NCBI GenBank assembly: GCA_965221025.1
Contig: CBDCRJ010000001.1
Location: 388,839 to 452,838, forward strand
Origin: Dehalococcoidia bacterium
Lineage (GTDB): Bacteria > Chloroflexota > Dehalococcoidia > Lucifugimonadales > UBA3495
Length of the DNA stretch: 64,000 nt
Direction of reading: 5' to 3'
Below are positions 10,129 to 17,365 of this stretch, piece after piece; within the stretch, counting starts at the first letter, position 1; every line of letters begins with the position of its first letter. The notes beneath the pieces were generated by a model, which ran no database searches, was not told the origin of the DNA, and worked only from the letters and a program-made list of their open reading frames with translations. The position numbers and the translations under genes were made by a program.

Positions 10129-11859
10129 GTGTCCGTGAAAGTTCGAGCCAGTCTGATTTTCGTCCTGGCAACCGCCATCCTGTTCATCGGATTGGCCGCC
10201 TGTGGCGGCGACTTCGACGAGGAATCACGCGAATTTGCCGTCCAGACCGACTCTGCCGCCGCTGCCGCTACCGCCGCCCCCGCCGCTGCCGCTACCGCCG
10301 CTACCGCCGCCCCCGCCGCTGCCCCTACCGCCGCCCCCGCCGCTCGGAGGGCGCCAACCGCCGTACCCGCGATGGCCGGAAGCCCTGGGGAAGCGTCAGG
10401 GCAATTCTTCGAGACATCACCAATGGGTCACGCCCAGGCAGCCGCGCTGGCGCAAAGCCGTATCATCGTACGCACCGTCGACATCGTCTTGGTCGTTTCC
10501 GACGTCGCGGCTGCCGCCGACAGAATCGACGGCCTGGTCCGCGGGGTGAGCGGTTGGAAAGTCAGCTCGGACCGCACTCACAAACACTTGGCCACCATTG
10601 CCGTCCGGGTGCCTGCTGAGGTGTTGGACCAAGTCGTGCTGGAATTGAGAGGAATGGCCCTGGACGTAGAGAGCGAGACCTCCACCAGCCAGGACGTAAC
10701 CGACGAGTACGTGGACACCGAGGCCCGGCTCAATGGGCTTCTCGCCACGGAAGCAAGGCTATTGGAGTTTCTCGACCGGGCGGGGGACGTGGAGGACGCG
10801 CTGAACGTCCAACTGGAAATCTCCCGGGTTCAAACGGAAAAAGAGACTATCCTGGGCAGATTGCGATTTCTTCAGGAAACGTCCGCCTACTCCCTGATGA
10901 ACATCGTCCTGCAGGTCCCGCCGGACCGGATGAGAGTCGACGTGGGCCCGGACGCCACATTCAGCGCGGGACAATTCGCCAGCTTCCGGGCGACCTTCAG
11001 CCCACCCAGCGGCGTTGATGAATTCACCTTCTCCTGGGACTTCGGCGATGGCTCGGGGCCGGTTCACGGCAATAGCAGCGCGCCAACTACCAACCCCGGA
11101 GAGCGGGTCACAGCCACGGTAACCCACACGTACGACGATGAGCGCTATTCCCCGTACATCGTGCAGCTTGTGGTCAAAGGGTCTGGCGACGCCGGTTTAG
11201 CCGAGGGTTCGGACACCCTGGAGGCCACCGTTACCAGGGTACCCACCATCGAGGTTTTCGCCGGCGAGCACCGGACGGTCGACGAAGGCGAAGAGGTCGA
11301 GTACGGCGGCTCTTTCACCCGCCCCGAGGGTTTGTGGGACCTCCGGTACCGTTGGGACTTCGGCGACGGATCGGCTACCGTCATCGGCGTTCCCGAGGAA
11401 GGTCTTACCCGTTCCGAAGCATCCCACGTCTACCGGGACTACCGTCCCCAACCCTACCGGGTGACTCTCACCGTTACGGCCCAGAGCGAGGCCGGAGAAG
11501 TCGAGGACTCGGGCTCGTTCGAAGTCCGGGTAAACGAGTCCGAGGGGTTCGTAGTCGCCGGATGGAATGCCGGAGGCCACGCCAAGAGCGCCGTCCGGGC
11601 CCTTTCCGTGTTCGGGCAAGTCTTGGGCACCATTGCCATCTGGTTGGGCATTTTCAGTCCCGTTTGGATAATCGGAGGCTTCATCATCTTCTTCTTGCCG
11701 CGTCTCAGGCGGCGGGCTTCCCGGTCTCCGGGTGGCGGCGCCCCCGATCCTAACATCTTAACGGCCCGTGTTGGCCGCTGGCGTCGCGGCGGCATCCCGC
11801 CGCCCGAGCAGTCCGGCCCTCCCAACCCGGCGGACCAAGCCCCGACAATTCGAGAATAA
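10129..11859 (+). CDS. Lipoprotein with DUF4349-like domain, two PKD-like repeats and a C-terminal TM anchor
   Basis: GTG start and a signal peptide with lipobox (LAACGG), followed by an Ala/Pro-rich linker. The coiled segment QDVTDEYVDTEARLNGLLATEARLLEFL is typical of DUF4349. Two WDFGDGS PKD signatures are present, plus the TM helix IAIWLGIFSPVWIIGGFIIFF. Confidence 0.65.
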   Translation: MSVKVRASLIFVLATAILFIGLAACGGDFDEESREFAVQTDSAAAAATAAPAAAATAATAAPAAAPTAAPAARRAPTAVPAMAGSPGEASGQFFETSPMGHAQAAALAQSRIIVRTVDIVLVVSDVAAAADRIDGLVRGVSGWKVSSDRTHKHLATIAVRVPAEVLDQVVLELRGMALDVESETSTSQDVTDEYVDTEARLNGLLATEARLLEFLDRAGDVEDALNVQLEISRVQTEKETILGRLRFLQETSAYSLMNIVLQVPPDRMRVDVGPDATFSAGQFASFRATFSPPSGVDEFTFSWDFGDGSGPVHGNSSAPTTNPGERVTATVTHTYDDERYSPYIVQLVVKGSGDAGLAEGSDTLEATVTRVPTIEVFAGEHRTVDEGEEVEYGGSFTRPEGLWDLRYRWDFGDGSATVIGVPEEGLTRSEASHVYRDYRPQPYRVTLTVTAQSEAGEVEDSGSFEVRVNESEGFVVAGWNAGGHAKSAVRALSVFGQVLGTIAIWLGIFSPVWIIGGFIIFFLPRLRRRASRSPGGGAPDPNILTARVGRWRRGGIPPPEQSGPPNPADQAPTIRE

Positions 11860-11887
11860 GAACAGCCCATTTCAGGAGGCGTCCATC

Positions 11888-12749
11888 ATGTCACACGCCC
11901 GTGAACGGTTTCGGGAGGTCCTCTCCCGTCCTTCCTGCACCCTGGCAGCCAATGTCTTCGACCCTCTGTCGGCCCGGATTGCTCACCTGGTGGGGTACGA
12001 GGTCTGCGTTCTCTCCGGCTCTGTGGGCAAGTCGGCCAGCCTGGGCGTCCCGGACGGCGTCCTTGCCAACATGTCGGACGTGGTGGACCATTGCCGCCGC
12101 ATTACCCGAATCGCAGACGTCAGCCTGATGGTCGACGCCGAAGATGGCTTCGGCAACGCGGTCAATGTGTTCCGGACCGTGCGGGAGATGGAGGCCGCAG
12201 GCGTCGCCGGAATCGAGATTGAGGACAACTTCGTACCCGGACGGTTCAACGTGGCGGAACCCGGACTGGTTTCCACGGAAGAACAGGTGGGGAAGCTGGA
12301 AGCGGCGGTCGCGGCCCGCACCGATCCCACCACCGTCATCGTGGCCCGTTCGGCGGCGTTAGGGGTTATGTCCGCTGGACGAAGCACTCGAACGGGTCCG
12401 GGCCTACTCCCAAACCGGGGCCGAGGCCCTGATGCTCACCGGCGCCGCCAGCCGGGAGCAGATCGAAGCGGTCCATCGGGCGACGCCCCTGCCGCTGTCT
12501 GTGCTGGCCCCGCCAGACGGCACCGCTAGCGACCCGACCTTCCTCGCCGCTAACCATGTGCGGATACTGATGTTGGGTAACCCGACGTTCGCGGTGGCCG
12601 CCAAAGCCATCCACGACACCCTCAAACACCTGAAAGACGGCGGAGCCCTCGAAGACACCACCTCAAACCAAGCCACCCCTGACCTTCTCCGCCAAGTCAA
12701 CGGCGCCGACGAGTACCTGGCCCTGCAGGAGCAATACCTGCGGGAGTAG
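11888..12749 (+). pseudogene. Second isocitrate lyase/PEP mutase family gene, frameshifted
   Basis: Track ORFs 11768..12529 (real ATG at 11888, MSHARERF) and 12432..12749 are the N- and C-terminal parts of one PEP-mutase-like protein (MVDAEDGFGN, GIEIEDN, VIVARS...). The frame changes between 12363 and 12375: ...AALGVMS then LDEALERVRAYSQTGAEALMLTG. Confidence 0.7.
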
Positions 12750-12757
12750 GGGGGCGA

Positions 12758-13297
12758 TCAGGCGAGGTTGGGCGTGACGGTTGTCGTGCTCAAGTCGATC
12801 GCTTCCACCAATTCCTCAACCGCGTGGCAGAGTCGCCTGAAGGAGCGGGAGTTGGCCGAGGCAAGGTCGAGATCGATTCGGGTAGTCAAAGAAGTTTGCT
12901 CCGCCGTTTCGCTATAATGCCGGCCGGGCAAGAAGTCCTTGAGACGGCCTTTGGCGTCTGCGACGGCTTCCGGGTCTCCAGGAAAACTCCCGGCACCCTC
13001 AATTATCGATTCGAGACTGGACAAGAACCAACTCTCATATTCTCTTACCGCGCAAACAACCGCAACCGGAGTCCGCGTGTCCCGGGCGATACACCGGTCT
13101 GCCAATCCCTTCGCCAGATCGCGAGGACACTCATCATCGGAGTCTCGGATTACGAGGATTGCGTCGGGGTTGGATTCCAATGCGTACTCAATAAAGCTCT
13201 CGATTCGCCTCGTCAAATTCCCAGAGCCTTTGGCGCTGACCGTCTTACCGACAACGTAATCGTAGAGTCCCATGCGTTCGTAAAGAAGCCGACGCAA
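12758..13297 (-). CDS. DUF4276-like protein, apparently 5'-truncated
   Basis: 179-aa ORF with ILVIRDSDDE, REYESWFL and a C-terminal ...SANSRSFRRL, which resembles DUF4276 from memory. Only a TTG start at 13297 is available, and the in-frame upstream stop (13313-13315) lies inside the left inverted repeat. The N-terminal EGxxE strand typical of the family is missing. Confidence 0.55.
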   Translation of the reverse strand: MRRLLYERMGLYDYVVGKTVSAKGSGNLTRRIESFIEYALESNPDAILVIRDSDDECPRDLAKGLADRCIARDTRTPVAVVCAVREYESWFLSSLESIIEGAGSFPGDPEAVADAKGRLKDFLPGRHYSETAEQTSLTTRIDLDLASANSRSFRRLCHAVEELVEAIDLSTTTVTPNLA

Positions 13298-13298
13298 C

Positions 13299-13323
13299 GG
13301 TTCCGTTTGCCTTTAGCGTATGC
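13299..13323 (+). repeat. Left terminal inverted repeat
   Basis: Exact 25-nt match to the reverse complement of 17365-17389. Confidence 0.9.
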
Positions 13324-13375
13324 CCTATGGTAGCATCGCGGCGTGATTGAAATCAACGTCCTTTGCGGGTAGACC

Positions 13376-15014
13376 ATGCCGACCCGACTTCTGTACAGCA
13401 ACGATTGCCTGAACGTCCTGAACGACGAGTTGGCCTTGCCCACAGGCTCGGTTGACCTCATCTACCTGGACCCGCCTTTCAACTCCAAAAGCATCTACAA
13501 CCTGCCGTTTGCAGGCAAGGACAAAGACGCCCGGCCTGTCGAGGCATTCAACGACACTTGGACTTGGGGCACCCAAGAGGACGCATTGCTACGGGACCTG
13601 TCCACTGGCCCACAGTCGCGCATCTTGGCCGATATAGTCAGTCTGGCCCAGCGGCTGGACACCCAAAAGTCGGGGGGGGGGGGGACTCGCCCCCTACCTG
13701 CTCAACATGGCGGTGCGGCTACTGGCGATGCGACGGGTGTTGTCGCCGCAGGGATCGATCTACCTTCACTGTGACGACGCGGCCAGCCACTTCCTCAAGC
13801 TGGTGATGGACGCCGTTTTCGGCCAGCAGAATTTCAGAAACGAAATCATCTGGAAGCGCACCAGCGCCCACAACGATGCCCGCCAGGGCAGAGAGCAATA
13901 TGGCCGGGTCCACGATACGTTGCTGTTCTACACCAAGGGCGGCTCGTGGGCTTGGCATCAGATTTACACCGGGTACGACCGGACCTATGTCGAGGCGTTC
14001 TACAAGCACGTTGAACCAGGGACAGGGCGTAGATACCGGCTGGACAATTTGGCCGGGCCTTACGGCGCGGCCAAAGGCAATCCCTACTACGAAGTGATGG
14101 GCGTGAGCCGTTATTGGCGATACAGCCAAGAGCGTATGCAGGAGCTGATTGGCCAAGGCCGGATTGTGCAGACCCGGCCGGGCGCAGTCCCGGCCTACAA
14201 ACGCTACCTAGACGAAATGCCGGGGTTGCCGCTCCAAGACGCATGGACCGATATAGGCCCAATCGCATCACAGGCCAGGGAACGCCTCGGCTACCCGACA
14301 CAGAAGCCGCTTGCCCTGCTGGAGCGCATCATCACGGCCAGTTGCCCCCCCGATGGTCTGGTGTTGGACCCGTTCTGCGGTTGCGGCACGTCGGTACACG
14401 CCGCCGAGAAGCTGGGGCGGAGCTGGGTCGGCATCGACATATCCACCTTTGCGGTCGGCCTGATGCGGGGCCGGATACTGCGAAACTTCGGCCAGTTGAC
14501 CACCGATGACGTGCTGGTGCGCGGCGTTCCGGTCAACGTGGGCGAGGCGGAATCTCTGGCGGAGCGGGACAAGTTCGAGTTCGAGAAGTGGGTATGCGGC
14601 GCGATAGGGGCGGAAGGGATGTTTCACGACCCCGGCACACGAGGGGCGGATGGCGGGGTGGACGGCGTACTGAAGTTCTATCCCTTTCGCATGGGAAAGG
14701 CTCCAAAAGCGGAGTTCGCTATCGTTCAGGTCAAGGGCGGGAGCGTTAGCGCGGACTCGGTGCGGGCTCTCAAGACGACGGTGGACCGCTTTGGTGCCAA
14801 GGCCGGGGTGTTGGTGTGCTTCAACCGCTATATGCGGACAGTGGAAAACCAGCGGGTGAAGGCGACATTCACGGACGATGCAGGGGCCTACCCGGTGATT
14901 CAGGGGTTGAGCGTAGAGGACTTGTTGGGAGACAAGCGCCCGGACCTGCCGCTGTACGGATACCGTCCGCAGGGCGGGCGGGTCAGCAATCAAGCCGAGT
15001 TATTGGCTCGGTAG
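13376..15014 (+). pseudogene. Beta-class N6A/N4C DNA methyltransferase fused to an Mrr-cat-type restriction endonuclease domain, out of frame at a G13 tract
   Basis: Track ORFs 13376..13774 and 13707..15014 are one gene. Motif IV DPPFN is in the first ORF. APYLLNMAVRLLAMRRVLSPQGSIYLHCD and motif I FCGCGTS are in the second. The C-terminus FEFEKWV...GADGGVDGV...IVQVKGG matches the PD-(D/E)xK Mrr-cat pattern. A tract of 12 or 15 G would give one 545-546-aa ORF. Confidence 0.8.
13672..13684 (+). repeat. Homopolymeric G13 tract inside the methyltransferase ORF
   Basis: Counted directly: c + 9 g (13671-13680) + 4 g (13681-13684). Confidence 0.95.
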
Positions 15015-15017
15015 ACA

Positions 15018-15290
15018 ATGGGGTGGGGGATAGAGAATAGAGGGATGAATTGGTGCAGGCTTGTTGGAGCCGTGGTCCTACTATTGGCCCTTGCCATTGC
15101 CATCATCTACGTGGTGGCGCCACTGGTTTTCATCCTGATTCTCATGGTATTGGCGGCAATATGGTCGTTCGTGATAGCTATTGGGGTCTTTGTCTACGGT
15201 AAAGATTTGCCAACATGGGCAAGGCGGTCGGTACTGTTGGTGGGTTTGGGTTTGGCTGCTTTTCTGATGTACGATACCTTTGCCAGATAG
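15018..15290 (+). CDS. Small membrane protein (3 predicted TM helices)
   Basis: 90-aa ORF starting 4 nt after the methyltransferase stop, with three hydrophobic stretches. It overlaps a competing minus-strand 73-codon single-TM ORF (15178..15397), so the call is tentative. Confidence 0.4.
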   Translation: MGWGIENRGMNWCRLVGAVVLLLALAIAIIYVVAPLVFILILMVLAAIWSFVIAIGVFVYGKDLPTWARRSVLLVGLGLAAFLMYDTFAR

Positions 15291-15493
15291 CAACCCATAG
15301 CGCGACAGCAAATCCGCCCATCAACGAGACGATGATGATAAGGATTGTCGCCAACCACCAAGGCGGGACGTAGGGGGCAGGTTCCATTTCAGTCTTTCTT
15401 CCAACGGCCTGAAGTAGTTGGAACATTTTAGCATACCACAGCGAGACCACGGAGCCCCGACGATCTCCATTCAAGAAGAAGGGGGTGGAAGCG

Positions 15494-15724
15494 ATGAGTT
15501 ACACCGATGATGAACTCAAGGAAAAGCGTCTCCGGTATCTCAAGGACTGCAAGCCGAAAGAACTCCGGCAGCTTCGCAAGGACGGCGCCCTGGCCGACGC
15601 CCTGGACCGGCGGGTTGCCCGTTGCCGCCGCCGTGCTGAGGAACTGATGGATAGCGGCACCTTTGAGGGACAAGCCTGGAGTTGGGCCGTCCGTGAAGTG
15701 CTACTTGAGACGGAGGCAGACTGA
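15494..15724 (+). CDS. Hypothetical protein (76 aa, helical, Arg/Glu-rich)
   Basis: ATG at 15494 preceded by GGGGGTGGA. The ORF is packed 37 nt upstream of the next ORF. I did not recognise a family. Confidence 0.45.
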   Translation: MSYTDDELKEKRLRYLKDCKPKELRQLRKDGALADALDRRVARCRRRAEELMDSGTFEGQAWSWAVREVLLETEAD

Positions 15725-15761
15725 GGCGTGGTGGTTACTCTAGTTGGCTTAGTCAACCAAA

Positions 15762-16037
15762 ATGGCTAGGCGTAAGAGCGGCCGCGCAAGCCTGACCGAC
15801 TATGAGTTGGCCTGGGTGGTGCGGGAAGTCGCCAAGCTAACCGACAAGAGTTTCCGCGAGATCGGAGAGGCCCTTGCCAACGATATGTTCGACCACGAAG
15901 ATTCCCTGACGGAGTACGACTACACGTTGGGCATGAATGTCGCGGGAACGCTGGAAACGCTCTGGCCCAGGGAAGGGGAATGGAAGCCCGGGCCGGATGC
16001 GGAACGGGCATTGAACCTGATTCGGCGGGTCTTGTGA
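15762..16037 (+). CDS. Hypothetical protein (91 aa)
   Basis: The ORF ends 19 nt before the transposase start, in an operon-like arrangement. I did not recognise a family. Confidence 0.45.
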   Translation: MARRKSGRASLTDYELAWVVREVAKLTDKSFREIGEALANDMFDHEDSLTEYDYTLGMNVAGTLETLWPREGEWKPGPDAERALNLIRRVL

Positions 16038-16056
16038 GGGGAGGGAAGGGCTGGGT

Positions 16057-17151
16057 ATGACTGAATTCACTAAAACCACGACCATCACTGTCAATTGCCC
16101 TGATTGCGATTCCGACCATGTGGTGAAGATAGGTAAGCAATCGGGCCAGCAACGCTATCGGTGCCGTGGTTGCAACAAAGACTTTCGGGCCAACGGCAAG
16201 GCCAAGGGCCGGCACATGGACGCGGAGCTCATGGGCTCGGCCATCCGGGACTTCTACACGGGTAAAAGTTATAAGCAAATAGCCGAGGGGCTGAAAGAGG
16301 AATACGACCTGGAGAAAGAGCCATCGAAGGCCACGATCTACGAATGGGTAAGGGACTACACCGATCAGGCCGTGGCAGAAATGTCTAACCACAAGGCCAA
16401 GACCGGCGGCCGTTGGGTGGCGGATGAGCTAATGGTGGACGTCGGCGGCCAGAAGGTGTGGCTATGGAACGTCATGGACGCCGAGACCCGCTACATCCTC
16501 GCATCGCACCTAACCCCCAGGCGCGACGCTCAGGCGGCGCGTGTCGTTATACGAAAGGCGGCGCTGGCGGCAGACAAGCCGCCCAAGACCATCACCACCG
16601 ACAAGCTCAGGTCCTACATCCGGCCAATCAAGGACGTTCTGCCGGAGGCCGACCATATCCTGTCGGAAGGCTTGCGGGCGGAGGTCAACAACAACCTTTC
16701 GGAGCGGCTACAGGGAACGTTCCGGGACCGCATCAAGACGCTCCGGGGCATGGACAGTCTCAAGACCGGGCAACGCTACCTTGACGGTTGGGTTCTCACC
16801 TACAACCTTTTCCGGGGCCACGAGAGTTTGCATAACAAGACGCCGGGGTACAAGGCCAAGGTGAACCCGCCGTTCAAGGAATGGGCCGACGTGGTAAAAG
16901 ACGGGGCCGCGTCTCTGCCAGTCAAGACAGCGGAGACGCGGCCAGCCTCACGGTCGCCACGGAAGTCGCCACGGCGTCAAGCCGTCCGCGTGGAACCGCC
17001 CAAGGCCAAGGGAAAAGGCGGAGACGCCGCCGAGTTCAAGCCCCTGCCGCCGGGGATTCTCCGGGCGCTACCCAGGGCGATGCGCCCCAAGGCCGGGGGG
17101 AGAACGTGCAAGCCGAGGGGCAAATCGGCCGTTAGAAGCCGGGTGGCATGA
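16057..17151 (+). CDS. IS6-family-like (IS240-type DDE) transposase with N-terminal zinc ribbon
   Basis: CPDCDS...CRGCN zinc ribbon. The DDE core follows the IS6 pattern: ADELMVDVGG (D), TITTDKLRSY (D), NNNLSERLQGTFRDRIK (E). The C-terminal tail is basic and low-complexity. Confidence 0.75.
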   Translation: MTEFTKTTTITVNCPDCDSDHVVKIGKQSGQQRYRCRGCNKDFRANGKAKGRHMDAELMGSAIRDFYTGKSYKQIAEGLKEEYDLEKEPSKATIYEWVRDYTDQAVAEMSNHKAKTGGRWVADELMVDVGGQKVWLWNVMDAETRYILASHLTPRRDAQAARVVIRKAALAADKPPKTITTDKLRSYIRPIKDVLPEADHILSEGLRAEVNNNLSERLQGTFRDRIKTLRGMDSLKTGQRYLDGWVLTYNLFRGHESLHNKTPGYKAKVNPPFKEWADVVKDGAASLPVKTAETRPASRSPRKSPRRQAVRVEPPKAKGKGGDAAEFKPLPPGILRALPRAMRPKAGGRTCKPRGKSAVRSRVA

Positions 17152-17160
17152 GGAGACAAA

Positions 17161-17340
17161 ATGGAAATCACCTGCGGGGTTTGTGGGGGACAGGTGGTAC
17201 CGGAGCGAAGCGTCCGCTGGCCGGTCGTCGGGTGTTTGTTAGTTCTGTTCTGGCCGCTCGTCCCCTTCTACATCCTGTATGCGTGGCCTCGGAACCGTTG
17301 CCCGGATTGCGGCAGCAACGTGTATCACCGGCCCGCCTAA
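17161..17340 (+). CDS. 59-aa zinc-ribbon/TM mini-protein (below the ORF-track cutoff)
   Basis: Hand translation: MEITCGVCGGQVVPERSVRWPVVGCLLVLFWPLVPFYILYAWPRNRCPDCGSNVYHRPA*. This is CxxC, then one TM helix, then CxxC. It starts 10 nt after the transposase stop. Confidence 0.4.
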   Translation: MEITCGVCGGQVVPERSVRWPVVGCLLVLFWPLVPFYILYAWPRNRCPDCGSNVYHRPA

Positions 17341-17365
17341 ATGGTCTCGCGAGACCATTTAGGCG
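17334..17365. repeat. Perfect 32-bp palindrome abutting the right inverted repeat
   Basis: CGCCTAAATGGTCTCG|CGAGACCATTTAGGCG. The TAA of the mini-ORF (17338-17340) and the TAA of the ATPase (17359-17361, minus strand) each lie in one arm. Confidence 0.9.

Noticed and set aside
15178-15474. 98-aa minus-strand ORF between the cargo genes, including a 73-codon single-TM version starting at 15397.
   Set aside because: It overlaps the 3' end of the + strand three-TM ORF, and all other ORFs of the element are on the + strand. I could not decide from sequence alone, so it is not listed as a feature. Its start region also coincides with the candidate degenerate inner repeat at 15390.
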